The notes under the pieces are model-generated. The model searched no databases. It saw only the letters and a list, made by a program, of their open reading frames with translations, and had not been told where the DNA came from. Made by a program: the position numbers and the translations under genes. Shown here one piece after another: positions 19,675 through 30,003 of a stretch of DNA of 64,000 bases; positions within the stretch are counted from its first letter, which is position 1; every line of letters begins with the position of its first letter. Source of the DNA: an uncultured Collinsella sp. (GTDB taxonomy: Bacteria > Actinomycetota > Coriobacteriia > Coriobacteriales > Coriobacteriaceae); contig CAAETD010000025.1 of assembly GCA_900758885.1 (NCBI GenBank), positions 13,129 to 77,128 on the forward strand, read 5' to 3'.

Positions 19675-21396
19675 TTAACGGCGTGCTGCCTTCACAAGCT
19701 CGGCGACCTTGGCGACGACCTCGTCGATCGCCACATCCTCGCGCTCACCCGTGGCACGGTCCTTGAGCTCAACGGTGCCATTCTTAAGGCCACGCTTACC
19801 CAGAACGACCTGATACGGGAAGCCCATAAGGTCGTTGTCGGCAAACTTAAAGCCGGGACGCTCGTCGCGGTCGTCGACGACAACCTCAATACCCTCGGCG
19901 CACAGGCCATCAACGATCTGCTCGCAGACGGTAGCGCACTCCTCCTTCTTGGGATCGAGGGGAATCACCGCGACCTCGTACGGGGCAACGGAGACCGGCC
20001 AGACGATACCGTGCTCGTCGTTGTGCTGCTCCACGACGGCAGCGAGCGAGCGGGACACACCAACGCCGTAGCAGCCCATGATGAGCGGCTTCTCCTTGCC
20101 GTCCTCGTCCATAAAGGTGGCACCCATGGCCTCGGAATACTTGGTGCCCAGCTGGAAGACCTGAGAGACCTCGATGCCGCGGGCAGCGGAGAGCGGCTTG
20201 CCGCAGTGCGGGCAGGGGTCGCCGGCGACAACGGTGACCAGATCGGCCCACTCATCGACGGTAAAGTCGCGCTCGGGGCAGGCACCGGTAAAGTGATAAT
20301 CGACCTCGTTGGCACCGCAGGCCCACTGCTTGGAATCGCGCAGGCTCTCGTCGCACACCAGACGAATGCCATCGGGCAGGTTAACCGGTCCGATAAAGCC
20401 TTTGTGCAGACCGTTCGCCTGAAGCTCCTCGTCGGTCATCATGCGATAGCCCTTGCCAAAGACGTGCTCGGCCTTGCAGTCATTGAGCTCATGATCACCC
20501 GGGACAATGGCCACGACGGGCTTGCCCTCGGCGTCGATGAGTGCCAGCGACTTGCGCGTGCCGTTCTCGGGAAACCCAAAGAACTTTGCAACGGCCTCGA
20601 TGGTGCCCATGCCCGGAGTCTCGACCTTGGTAAGCGTACCGTCGCCAGGACCCTCGGTCACAACGACCTTGGTGCTTGCGGCCTCATCGTCGGCAGCAAA
20701 GCCGCAATCGTCGCAGTAGACGAGCGAAGCCTCGCCGGCGTCGGCCAAAGCCATGTACTCGACGGAGGTATCGCCACCGATCTCACCGGAGTCGGCAACA
20801 ACGGGCAGGGCCTTGATATAGCAGCGCTCGCAAATGTTGGCATAGGCCTGCTTCATCTTGTCATACTCCTCCTGCAGGCTCTCCTGCGTGGCGGAGAAGC
20901 TGTAGGCGTCCTTCATGATGAACTCGCGACCGCGCATCAGGCCAAAGCGGGGGCGGAACTCGTCGCGGAACTTGTCCTGAATGTGGTACAGGTTGACGGG
21001 CAGCTGCTTGTAGGAGCGCAGCTCGTTGCGCACCAGGGCCGTGACGGTCTCCTCGTGCGTGGGGCCCAGGACGAACTCGCGACCATGACGGTCGTCAAAG
21101 CGCACAAGCTCCTTGCCATAGGCGTCGATGCGCCCGGACTCGCGCCACAACTCGGCGTCGACCATGATAGGCATCATAAGCTCCTGGGCGCCGGCAGCGT
21201 CCATCTCGTCGCGCACGATATTCTCGATCTTACGGATCGAGCGCCAAGCAAGCGGCAGGTAGGAATACAGGCCGGCGGCCTCCTTGCGGATCATGCCGGC
21301 ACGGAGCAGCAGGCGGTGACTGGCGAGCTCAGCGTCCGCCGGATCCTCTTTAAGCGTCGGCGCATAGAGCTTAGACATGTACATTGCTCGGGTCAT
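19675..21396 (-). CDS. proS: Proline--tRNA ligase
   Basis: LGPTHEE, FRDEFRPRFGLMRGREF, MGCYGVG. Confidence 0.98.
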   Translation of the reverse strand: MTRAMYMSKLYAPTLKEDPADAELASHRLLLRAGMIRKEAAGLYSYLPLAWRSIRKIENIVRDEMDAAGAQELMMPIMVDAELWRESGRIDAYGKELVRFDDRHGREFVLGPTHEETVTALVRNELRSYKQLPVNLYHIQDKFRDEFRPRFGLMRGREFIMKDAYSFSATQESLQEEYDKMKQAYANICERCYIKALPVVADSGEIGGDTSVEYMALADAGEASLVYCDDCGFAADDEAASTKVVVTEGPGDGTLTKVETPGMGTIEAVAKFFGFPENGTRKSLALIDAEGKPVVAIVPGDHELNDCKAEHVFGKGYRMMTDEELQANGLHKGFIGPVNLPDGIRLVCDESLRDSKQWACGANEVDYHFTGACPERDFTVDEWADLVTVVAGDPCPHCGKPLSAARGIEVSQVFQLGTKYSEAMGATFMDEDGKEKPLIMGCYGVGVSRSLAAVVEQHNDEHGIVWPVSVAPYEVAVIPLDPKKEECATVCEQIVDGLCAEGIEVVVDDRDERPGFKFADNDLMGFPYQVVLGKRGLKNGTVELKDRATGEREDVAIDEVVAKVAELVKAARR

Positions 21397-22479
21397 TTAT
21401 TTCTCCTCAATAAGTTTGTCGACCTCGGCCATCAGCGCGTCGACAATTTGGTCCTCAGCTACTTTACCAATGATCTGGCCATGCGAAAAGAGCAAGGCCT
21501 GACCACGTCCGCAAGCAACGCCCAGGTCGGCATCAGAAGCCTCGCCGGGGCCATTAACGGCACATCCCATGACGGCAATCGAAAGCGGCGCGGCATAGTT
21601 CTTAAGCCGCTCGGTGACCTCCTCGGCGATGGGAATCAGGTTAACCTGGCAGCGGGCGCACGTGGGGCACGAGACAATCTCGGGACCACGGCGACGCAGG
21701 CCCAGCGACTGCAAAATCCCCCAGGCGACCGGCGGCTCCTCAACCGGATCAGCTGTGAGCGACACACGCATGGTGTCGCCAATGCCTTCGGAAAGCAAGA
21801 TACCCAAGCCTACAGAGCTCTTGATGGTGCCCTGGAGCTTGGTCCCCGCCTCCGTCACGCCCAGGTGAAGCGGAACGTGTGGAATCTCACGCGACAGGGC
21901 TCGATAGGTATCGAGCGTCGTTTGCACGCTATGGGCCTTGGCCGAAAGCACAATGTTCTTAAAGCCGCGGTCCTCAAAGTGCTTGACGAAACGCTCGCTC
22001 GACATCACGAGCTTTTCGGGCTGCGTGAGGTCGTCGCGCTCGGCGATATCCTGCTCGAGCGAACCGGCATTGACGCCGATACGAATCGCGCACCCAGCGG
22101 CGCCCGCGGCATCGATCACGGCATCGACCTTAGCCCAATCGCCGATATTGCCGGGATTGATGCGAAGCTTGGCGGCACCAGCCTCGACGGCGCCGATGGC
22201 GAGCTTATGGTTAAAGTGAATATCGGCGACGATCGGCACCGGAGACTCGGCACAGATGATGCGGAAACCCTCAAGCGCGGCCTCGGTGGGCACGCTCACA
22301 CGCACGATATCGCAGCCAGCCTGCGCCAACGCGCACACTTGCGCAAGCGTTGCCTGGGCGTCAGCGGTATCGGTGCAGGTCATGGATTGGACCACCACCG
22401 GCGCGCCGCCACCGATCTGCACACCGCCCACATGCACGGGGCGCGTCAACTCGCGAGGCAAAGGATGGGATAAAGACAA
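21397..22479 (-). CDS. ispG: HMBPP synthase IspG
   Basis: VQSMT, ADIHF, RINPGNIG, CPTCARC, VMGCAVNGPGE; probable TTG start at 22479. Confidence 0.96.
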   Translation of the reverse strand: MSLSHPLPRELTRPVHVGGVQIGGGAPVVVQSMTCTDTADAQATLAQVCALAQAGCDIVRVSVPTEAALEGFRIICAESPVPIVADIHFNHKLAIGAVEAGAAKLRINPGNIGDWAKVDAVIDAAGAAGCAIRIGVNAGSLEQDIAERDDLTQPEKLVMSSERFVKHFEDRGFKNIVLSAKAHSVQTTLDTYRALSREIPHVPLHLGVTEAGTKLQGTIKSSVGLGILLSEGIGDTMRVSLTADPVEEPPVAWGILQSLGLRRRGPEIVSCPTCARCQVNLIPIAEEVTERLKNYAAPLSIAVMGCAVNGPGEASDADLGVACGRGQALLFSHGQIIGKVAEDQIVDALMAEVDKLIEEK

Positions 22480-22492
22480 TCCAAACACTCCC

Positions 22493-23854
22493 CTACAGGA
22501 TAAATCGAAGGACGTCGGAACGAAGCATATAGACAAACAGCAGCGCAAAGAGCGCGATGCCCACATAGCTCACAATCGTCTGGACCTTGAGCGGAAGCTC
22601 GCGGCCAGCAATCTTTTGAATGATCTCGATGACCAGCTTGCCGCCATCGAGTGGTGGGATGGGCAGCAGGTTCATAAAGCCAAGCGAAAACGAAATGAGG
22701 GCGGCAAACGAAAGGAACGTGGCAGGGCCGGCAGCAGCAGCCTGTGAGGACATAACGCTAATGCCCACGATTGAAGAAGACTGATCGAGAATCTCCATCG
22801 TATGCTGCGGCTGGAGCAGGCGCATCACGCCCTCCGCTGTCTGCACGACATAGGAGAACGAAAGGCGAGCCGACGTGATGGGGTCTAAACGGACCACCTG
22901 CGTAGAGGCATACACACCAAGGCGCTCGTCCTCTTTGAGCGCAACCGAGGTCGAATGCTGCTTGCCGTCGCGCTCATACTCAATGGCGATATCGTCCTTA
23001 CCGGCGGCCTTGCCGATGGCATCGTAAACGTCCATCCAGGTAGAGCACGATACTCCGTCAACCGAAAGGATCGCATCGCCGCCCTCGATACCCGCCTTGG
23101 CGGCAATAGACCCCTCGCCAACCTGACCGATCACGTTGGTATCCATCGGCACGGTGACACCCGCAATAGAGTAGATGCTCATAAGCAGCAAAAAGCCCGT
23201 CAGGATATTGACGAGAATGCCCGCGAGCAGCATAAAGGCGCGCTTGAGAAAACCCTGGCCCAGATAGGTATGCGAACGCTCTCGCGCAAGGAACTCGGCT
23301 TCGCCGCACGGCAGCTCCCACACATCGCCCTCGGTAGTCGCATGCTCTCGATCGAAACGGCGGCCGTCAAAGGTGGTGTAACCCGCCGCATCTCGTGGCA
23401 GCGTCTGATACTTGGTGGGATAGTAGCTCGGCGAGGGCTTCTCCCCTTTCTCATACCAAGGCGCGATAGAGCCCCAACCCAAGAGCAAGGCGCATGCCTC
23501 GAGCACAACCTCCTCGGATAGCTCGAGCTCGGCGGCAAGGTCGGCCACGGTCACGCGACCATGACGATAGATAGCCGCGAGCACGCGATCGGCGCACGAG
23601 ACGTCGGTCGGATCCATACCGCAGATGGCAGCGTAGCCACCCAGCAGCAGCGGGGTCACGCCAAACTTGGTTCCAATGCGACGTGACGTGTAATGGATGT
23701 CAAAGCGACACGGCAGGCCCAAAAAGAACTCGGTCACACGGACGCCGCAGGCACGCGCCGCCAAAAAGTGGCCGCCCTCGTGCAAAAACACAAGGACGGA
23801 AAGCATCAGCAGGCCCCAAAAGACCGATGAGAGAACGCTCAGAACAGTATCCAT
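22493..23854 (-). CDS. rseP: Site-2 intramembrane metalloprotease RseP (M50, PDZ) with an inserted domain
   Basis: HEGGH, GGY, AGILVN, PDZ (GSIAAKAGIEGGDAILSVDG), NLLPIPPLDGG; dxr-rseP-ispG synteny. Confidence 0.92.
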   Translation of the reverse strand: MDTVLSVLSSVFWGLLMLSVLVFLHEGGHFLAARACGVRVTEFFLGLPCRFDIHYTSRRIGTKFGVTPLLLGGYAAICGMDPTDVSCADRVLAAIYRHGRVTVADLAAELELSEEVVLEACALLLGWGSIAPWYEKGEKPSPSYYPTKYQTLPRDAAGYTTFDGRRFDREHATTEGDVWELPCGEAEFLARERSHTYLGQGFLKRAFMLLAGILVNILTGFLLLMSIYSIAGVTVPMDTNVIGQVGEGSIAAKAGIEGGDAILSVDGVSCSTWMDVYDAIGKAAGKDDIAIEYERDGKQHSTSVALKEDERLGVYASTQVVRLDPITSARLSFSYVVQTAEGVMRLLQPQHTMEILDQSSSIVGISVMSSQAAAAGPATFLSFAALISFSLGFMNLLPIPPLDGGKLVIEIIQKIAGRELPLKVQTIVSYVGIALFALLFVYMLRSDVLRFIL

Positions 23855-23879
23855 AAAACGAAAAAGCAATCCTTATGGG

Positions 23880-25067
23880 TTAGGAACGGGTTGCGGCGAG
23901 CACCTGCGCAGCCTTTTCACGCGCCCATGCATCGATGTCGCGAAGCTGCTCAAACGAATCGACCGCCTGCATATCGTGGGAATCCATGCAGGATTCCACA
24001 ATGCAATCGATATCGGTAAAGCTGCAGCCATCGTGCAGGAAGGCATCGACGGCGACCTCGTTGGCGGCATTGAGCACGCACGGCATGGTGCCACCCGTCT
24101 TGCCGGCACGTTCGGCCAGTGCCAGACAGCGGAAGGTATCCATGTCGGCAGCATCAAACGTGAGCTGCCCCAGCTCGCGGAAATCGATACGAGGCGCCGG
24201 GGTATCCCAACGCTCGGGATACGAGAACGCGAACTGGATGGGAATACGCATGTCGGAAGCACCGAGATGCGCCATCACGGAGCCGTCGGCGAACTCGACC
24301 ATAGAGTGAATCTTGGACTGACGCTGCACGACCACGTTAATGAAATCGAGGTCGCAGTTAAACAGATGCATGGCCTCAATGCGCTCCAGGCCCTTGTTCA
24401 TGAGGGTGGCGGAGTCGATGGTGATCTTGGCACCCATGGCCCACGTGGGATGTGCGAGGGCATCGGCACGCGTCACGCGGTCGAGCTCGTCGCGGGTGCG
24501 GCCAAAGAACGGACCGCCCGAGCAGGTGAGCCAAATACAATGAGCCTCGCGTGGGTTCTCCCCCAGATAGCACTGGTAGATGGCGGAGTGCTCAGAGTCG
24601 ACTGGAATAAGCTGGCCCGGTTGCGCCAACGGCATAAGCAAGTCGCCGCCGACGACGAGGGACTCCTTGTTGGCAAGGGCAAGACGCTTATTCGAGGTCA
24701 AGGCCGCATGGCTCGCCTCGAGACCGGCGGCGCCCACAATAGCGACGAGCACGCAGTCGACATCGTCGCGACGCGCGAGCTCGCAAACCGCCTGCGCGCC
24801 AACGCCGAGCTTCGTTCCCTCGGGCAACTCCTGCAGCACGGCGTCATCGCCATGAGCGACATCGGCCACGGCAACCGCCGGAACCGAGAACTCGCGGGCA
24901 GCGGCAACGAGCTCGGAGGTACTGGAGTTAACGGACAGCGCCGTCACCTGCAGGCGATCGGCATGCTGGCGGCACACATCGAGCGCCTGGGTGCCGATAG
25001 AGCCCGTACAACCCAGGATGGCAACACGGAGGCGTCCATCGGGGCCATACGTCGTCTGGAAGGACAT
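23880..25067 (-). CDS. dxr: 1-deoxy-D-xylulose-5-phosphate reductoisomerase
   Basis: GCTGSIGTQ, LANKESLV, PVDSEHSAI, HPTWAMG. Confidence 0.97.
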   Translation of the reverse strand: MSFQTTYGPDGRLRVAILGCTGSIGTQALDVCRQHADRLQVTALSVNSSTSELVAAAREFSVPAVAVADVAHGDDAVLQELPEGTKLGVGAQAVCELARRDDVDCVLVAIVGAAGLEASHAALTSNKRLALANKESLVVGGDLLMPLAQPGQLIPVDSEHSAIYQCYLGENPREAHCIWLTCSGGPFFGRTRDELDRVTRADALAHPTWAMGAKITIDSATLMNKGLERIEAMHLFNCDLDFINVVVQRQSKIHSMVEFADGSVMAHLGASDMRIPIQFAFSYPERWDTPAPRIDFRELGQLTFDAADMDTFRCLALAERAGKTGGTMPCVLNAANEVAVDAFLHDGCSFTDIDCIVESCMDSHDMQAVDSFEQLRDIDAWAREKAAQVLAATRS

Positions 25068-25966
25068 TACAGCACGCCTCCGATCATCAAAAGCAGCTGC
25101 GCGGTAATGCAGCCAAAGATAAGCGAATCGCTACGATCGAGCATGCCGCCGTGGCCCGGGATAAGGTTACCGGAATCCTTAACGCCCACACCGCGCTTGA
25201 TGCGCGACTCGATGAGGTCTCCGATAACGCCCAGGACGGACACGACCACGCCGCACAGCAGCGCATAGGGCAGGCTGAGCTTGTAGAAGTGCGTCGCCCA
25301 CAGGATGAGCCAAATCAAAACCGAGCCCAGGATGCCGCCGACAAACCCCTCCCAGCTCTTTTTGGGAGAGATCTTGGGAACCATCTTGTGCTTGCCGATA
25401 CGGCTACCCACGATGTAGGCAAACGAATCGGAGACCCAAAGGGACGCGCAAACGCCCACCGAAAGCAGGGCGCCGGCAAAACCGGGCACGGCATCGCGCA
25501 GCAGCACGATAGCCGACAGCATAAAGCCAGTGTAGATGGGACCCATGAGCGTCACGGCCACATCAGAGATGCGGGTACGCGGCGACCAAACATACCAAAT
25601 GCCCACAGCGAGCATCAGGGCAAAAAGCAGGGCATTCAGCAACATCGAATCGCCCAACGCCGACAGCGGAAAGAGTACGGCGGCAGCAATACCCATGCGC
25701 TCGTTAGCCATCTTGCCATCGAGCCTCGTCATACGGAAAAACTCATAGCAGCACAGACCACTCATGACAGAAACAAAGATGGCCGTGGGCACGATACCCA
25801 AAACCAGGCAAAGGATAAAGACAACGGCGTAAACGATACCGGCGGCGGCACGGGTAATAAAGCCCGACAGCCACGAACCGGTGCCGCCCTTCGCTGCAGG
25901 CGCGCCAGCAGTGACAGCTTTGCGCGCAGGCGTCTTGGGAGCAGATGCCTTGGGACGATCGGACAC
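25067..25966 (-). CDS. cdsA: Phosphatidate cytidylyltransferase
   Basis: SPKKSWEG, GDLIES..KR...VKDSG..IPGHGGMLDR. Confidence 0.96.
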   Translation of the reverse strand: MSDRPKASAPKTPARKAVTAGAPAAKGGTGSWLSGFITRAAAGIVYAVVFILCLVLGIVPTAIFVSVMSGLCCYEFFRMTRLDGKMANERMGIAAAVLFPLSALGDSMLLNALLFALMLAVGIWYVWSPRTRISDVAVTLMGPIYTGFMLSAIVLLRDAVPGFAGALLSVGVCASLWVSDSFAYIVGSRIGKHKMVPKISPKKSWEGFVGGILGSVLIWLILWATHFYKLSLPYALLCGVVVSVLGVIGDLIESRIKRGVGVKDSGNLIPGHGGMLDRSDSLIFGCITAQLLLMIGGVL

Positions 25967-25968
25967 GA

Positions 25969-26763
25969 TTAAGCCTCCTCGGTCTTGCTCAGTCCACCAA
26001 ACCTACGGTCACGGCCCTGATAGGCCAAAATGGCGTCGACAAGGCCCCAGCGATCAAAGTCGGGCCAATAGGTATCGGTGACGTAGAACTCGGAATAAGC
26101 CACCTGCCACAGCAGATAGTTCGAAAGGCGCAGCTCACCAGAGGTGCGAATCACAAGCTCAGGATCGGGAAGACCGGCGGTATAGAGGTGGGAAGCCACC
26201 ATGTCGTCATCAATTGCGCCAGGATCGATCTTACCGGCGGCAGCGTCGAGTGCGATCTGACGGACAGCGCGGGTAATCTCGGAACGCGCGCCGTAGTTGA
26301 CGGCAAGCGCCAGCGTCATACCGGTGTGATCGGCGCACTCGGCAAGACCGCGTTCAAAAACGTCGCGGGTCTTCTTGGGCAGCGCGGAAATGTCACCCAA
26401 AAAGACAACGCGCACATTTTCGCGCTTCAGAAGCGGCAGCTCGTCGATAAACGTCTTGGCAAACAGATGCATCAAGACGTTGACCTCATGCTGCGGACGG
26501 TTCCAGTTTTCGGTAGAAAACGCATAGGCCGAAAGCACGTCGACGCCCAGACGCACGCAGGCGGTAATAATCTCGCGAAGGGAGACGATACCCGCCTTGT
26601 GGCCCTCAGTGCGCGCAAGACCGCGCGACGTGGCCCAACGACCGTTGCCGTCCATGATGCACGAGATATGGTGCGGAATGTTATTAAGGTCAAGGTCGGA
26701 AAAACCGACGCCCGCAGGGGCGTCGGCAAAATACTCGACCAGTTTATGCTCGTCGTATTGCAC
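25969..26763 (-). CDS. uppS: Undecaprenyl diphosphate synthase
   Basis: IMDGNGRWA, FSTENW, IRTSGELRLSNYLLWQ. Confidence 0.97.
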   Translation of the reverse strand: MQYDEHKLVEYFADAPAGVGFSDLDLNNIPHHISCIMDGNGRWATSRGLARTEGHKAGIVSLREIITACVRLGVDVLSAYAFSTENWNRPQHEVNVLMHLFAKTFIDELPLLKRENVRVVFLGDISALPKKTRDVFERGLAECADHTGMTLALAVNYGARSEITRAVRQIALDAAAGKIDPGAIDDDMVASHLYTAGLPDPELVIRTSGELRLSNYLLWQVAYSEFYVTDTYWPDFDRWGLVDAILAYQGRDRRFGGLSKTEEA

Positions 26764-26764
26764 C

Positions 26765-27301
26765 TTAGATCTCCATGACCTCGGCTTCTTTTTCCTTCAG
26801 AAGCTCCTCGACCTTGGCGACATACTCATCAGTGTGCTTCTGGACCTTGGCCTGCTCGCGACGGACATCGTCCTCGGTGAGCTCCTCATCGCGCTCGAGC
26901 TTGTTGTTGAAGTCGCGACGGATGTTACGGATAGACACCTTGGCCTGCTCGGCGTACTCGCGGCACTCCTTGACGAGCTCGCGACGGCGCTCCTCAGTGG
27001 GAGCCGGGAACGGAAGACGAACGACGGTGCCATCGGAGTTGGGGGTAATACCCAGATCGGAAGCGCCGATGGCCTTGACGATAGCATTGATGAGTGCCTT
27101 GTCCCACGGCTCGATGAGCAGCATGTGGGCCTCGGGGGTCTTGACGGCGGCAACCTGCGTGACCGGCGTGGGAACACCGTAATAATCGACGGTGATGTCG
27201 GACAGAATGTTGGCATTGGCGCGGCCGGTACGAACCTTGGAGAAGTTATGCTTGAGGGACTCGAGCGACTTGTCCATGTGGGCGGTGATGTTCTCTGCCA
27301 T
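26765..27301 (-). CDS. frr: Ribosome recycling factor
   Basis: RTGRAN, VDYYG, TEERRRELVK. Confidence 0.97.
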   Translation of the reverse strand: MAENITAHMDKSLESLKHNFSKVRTGRANANILSDITVDYYGVPTPVTQVAAVKTPEAHMLLIEPWDKALINAIVKAIGASDLGITPNSDGTVVRLPFPAPTEERRRELVKECREYAEQAKVSIRNIRRDFNNKLERDEELTEDDVRREQAKVQKHTDEYVAKVEELLKEKEAEVMEI

Positions 27302-27303
27302 GC

Positions 27304-28026
27304 TTAATCCTCCTGATAGACGAGCGTGCCGACGGGCTCACCCGAAAGCGCGCGCTTGACGGTGTCCTCGCCATCGATGTTGAGGACCAAAATCGGCATA
27401 CGGTTGTCCTGGCACAGTGCCGTAGCCGTGGAATCCATAACCTGCAGACCGCGGACGAGAACCTCGTGATAGGTAATCTTGTCAAAACGGACGGCATCGG
27501 CGCACTTGACGGGATCCTTATCGTAGATGCCGTCAACCTTGGTGGCTTTAATCAGAATCTCGGCGCCGATCTCGCACGCACGAAGAGCCGCGGCGGTGTC
27601 GGTCGTAAAGTACGGATTGCCCGAACCGGCGGCAAAAATAACGACGTTGCCCTTGGAAAGGTGGTTGATGGCGCGACGGCGAATATAGGGCTCGCAGATC
27701 TCGTTCATCTGGATAGCGCTCATCACGCGGCAGGGAACATCGTTATGCTCGAAGGCATCCTGCAGGGCGAGCGCGTTCATAACGGTTGCCAGCATGCCCA
27801 TGTAGTCGGCCTGAGCACGCTCCATGCCACCGGCAGCGCCGGCCATGCCGCGGAAAATATTGCCGCCGCCGACAACGACGCCGACCTCATGGCCAACGGC
27901 GAGCAGCTCCTTGACCTGCTTGGCAAGATGGTCGGTAACCTTGGGGTCGATGCCATATTGGCCGTCGCCCATCAGTGCTTCGCCGGAAAGCTTAAGAAGC
28001 ACGCGTTTATATCGGATGTCGGACAA
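27304..28026 (-). CDS. pyrH: UMP kinase
   Basis: [32 protein letters not shown]. Confidence 0.97.
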   Translation of the reverse strand: MSDIRYKRVLLKLSGEALMGDGQYGIDPKVTDHLAKQVKELLAVGHEVGVVVGGGNIFRGMAGAAGGMERAQADYMGMLATVMNALALQDAFEHNDVPCRVMSAIQMNEICEPYIRRRAINHLSKGNVVIFAAGSGNPYFTTDTAAALRACEIGAEILIKATKVDGIYDKDPVKCADAVRFDKITYHEVLVRGLQVMDSTATALCQDNRMPILVLNIDGEDTVKRALSGEPVGTLVYQED

Positions 28027-28085
28027 AGCGATCCTCCTTTAATTAGACTTTCAATATGATATCAAAGGCTCTGATAAGAGCCATG

Positions 28086-28120
28086 AAAAAGCAGGCTGTG
28101 AGTAAAACCCACAGCCTGCT
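28086..28120 (-). terminator. Terminator after rpsB-tsf
   Basis: AGCAGGCTGTG/CACAGCCTGCT stem plus T-run on the minus strand. Confidence 0.8.
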
Positions 28121-28143
28121 CATTACCAGCTACAAGAGCTTAT

Positions 28144-29013
28144 TTACTCGCCACGGACCAGACGGTCAAAGGCAACGACGGTAATGGTGTCGCCGAGCTC
28201 CTTGGAGACCTGCTCAGCGTACTTCTTGATGGTGAGAGAGCTGTCCTTGATGAACTCCTGCTCGGTGAGCACGGACTGCTTGTAGAACTTCTCCAGACGG
28301 CCGACAGCCATCTTCTCCTGGATAGCCTCGGGCTTGCCGGACTCGGCAGCCTGGGCCATGTAGATCTGCTTCTCGTGCTCGACGGTCTCGGCCGGAACCT
28401 GATCGCGGGTAGCGCAGATCGGGGCGACGGCGGCAACCTGAAGGGCAACGTCGTGAGCGAAGGTCTTGAAGGACTCAGCCTGAGCGGTCTCGGCCTTCTC
28501 GAAAGCGAACTCGACGAGAACGCCAATCTTACCACCCATGTGGATGTAAGAAGCGAGAGCTCCGTTCTCGGCCTTGCGGGCGGCAAAACGGGAGATCTTC
28601 ATGTTCTCGCCCATGATGTGAATCATCTCGGTGAGCTCGGAGGAAACGGTCTCCTCGCCCATCGGCTTCTCGAGCAGAGCGTCGACGTCAGCAGGCTCGG
28701 TGGTAGCGACAACCTCAGCGACCTTGGAAGCAAAGCCGGTGAACTTAGCGTTGGAGCCGACGAAGTCGGTCTCGCAAGAGAGCTCGAGCAGAGCGCCGGT
28801 CTTGCCGTCCTCGGAGACGAACGCGGCGACGGCGCCCTCGTTGGTCTCACGGCCAGCCTTCTTGGCAGCCTTGGCGAGGCCGTTCTTGCGCAGAACGTCG
28901 ACAGCGGCGTCCATGTCGCCGTCAGCCTCGACGAGAGCCTTCTTGCACTCCATCATCGGGGAGTCGGTCATCTCGCGGAGCTGCTTGACCATAGCGGCGG
29001 TAATCTGGGCCAT
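28144..29013 (-). CDS. tsf: Elongation factor Ts
   Basis: VKQLREMTDSPMMECKKAL, CETDFV. Confidence 0.98.
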   Translation of the reverse strand: MAQITAAMVKQLREMTDSPMMECKKALVEADGDMDAAVDVLRKNGLAKAAKKAGRETNEGAVAAFVSEDGKTGALLELSCETDFVGSNAKFTGFASKVAEVVATTEPADVDALLEKPMGEETVSSELTEMIHIMGENMKISRFAARKAENGALASYIHMGGKIGVLVEFAFEKAETAQAESFKTFAHDVALQVAAVAPICATRDQVPAETVEHEKQIYMAQAAESGKPEAIQEKMAVGRLEKFYKQSVLTEQEFIKDSSLTIKKYAEQVSKELGDTITVVAFDRLVRGE

Positions 29014-29058
29014 TGTGGTTCCTTTCAAAGAGATGAAAAAGAATTAACTAAGACTGAT

Positions 29059-29787
29059 TTACTCGGCCTTGGGCTCAGCGGCCATCTCGGCCTCGGAGAC
29101 CTGCTCCTTGCCGGAGCCAGCGAGGCAAGCGTCAGCCATGAGCTCGCACATAAGGGTGACAGCGGAGATAGCGTCATCGTTGCAGGGGATGCCGTACTCA
29201 ACCTCGTCGGGATCAGAGTTGGTGTCAATCAGAGCGACGACAGGGATATTCAGGCGCTGGGCCTCCTTGATGGCGTTCTCCTCGCGCTTGGTGTCGATAA
29301 CGAAGAGAGCCTGGGGCAGACCCTTCATGTCGCGGGCGCCACCGAGGTTGGTCTGGAGCTTGGTGAGCTCCTTACCGAGCACAGCCTGCTCCTTCTTGGG
29401 GAGCACTGCCATGCGGCCGTCCTCGACCATGGCCTCGAGCTCCTCCATGCGGTTGATGCGGGAGCGGATGGTGACGAAGTTGGTCAGCATGCCGCCGAGC
29501 CAACGCTGGTTGATGTAAGGCATGTTGGCGCGCTCAGCGGCGTTCTTGACGGCCTCCTGAGCCTGCTTCTTGGTGCCGACGAACAGCACGTTGCCACCCT
29601 TGGCGACGTTCTTGACGAAGGTGTAGGCCTGGTCGGCGTCGAGGATGGTCTGCTTGAGGTCGAGGATGTAGATGCCGTTGCGCTCACCGAAGATGAACGG
29701 CTTCATCTTGGGGTTCCAGCGACGGGTCTGGTGACCGAAGTGGCAGCCGGCCTCGAGCAGGGTGCGGATATTAATCTTGGTAGCCAT
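29059..29787 (-). CDS. rpsB: 30S ribosomal protein S2
   Basis: [25 protein letters not shown]. Confidence 0.98.
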   Translation of the reverse strand: MATKINIRTLLEAGCHFGHQTRRWNPKMKPFIFGERNGIYILDLKQTILDADQAYTFVKNVAKGGNVLFVGTKKQAQEAVKNAAERANMPYINQRWLGGMLTNFVTIRSRINRMEELEAMVEDGRMAVLPKKEQAVLGKELTKLQTNLGGARDMKGLPQALFVIDTKREENAIKEAQRLNIPVVALIDTNSDPDEVEYGIPCNDDAISAVTLMCELMADACLAGSGKEQVSEAEMAAEPKAE

Positions 29788-29801
29788 GTTAAACCTCCTG
29801 T

Positions 29802-29895
29802 GGTTTGCCTCCGCGCGGGGTCATCCTCCAAAACCAACCCGGACATGTGCTACCAAAGCCCGGGCACCACGGTATGAAGTAGCCGCGCGTGCGTG
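29802..29895 (-). ncRNA. rpsB leader (S2 autoregulatory / t44-type RNA)
   Basis: Sense CACGCACGCGCGG...GGUGCCCGG...CCGCGCGGAGGCAAACC resembles the conserved rpsB leader architecture. Confidence 0.7.
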
Positions 29896-30003
29896 ATAAA
29901 AACCTGTTGCCGTGAAGCAACCCGATGAATGATAGCAGGATTGCCTCTTCCTGCCAACCCGCAATCAAAACCACACACCTAAGCGCAACACGAGCCGCCC
30001 AGC

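Noticed and set aside
20011..22473. 820-aa plus-strand ORF opposite proS/ispG
   Set aside because: Antisense shadow ORF in high-GC DNA with no domain signatures.
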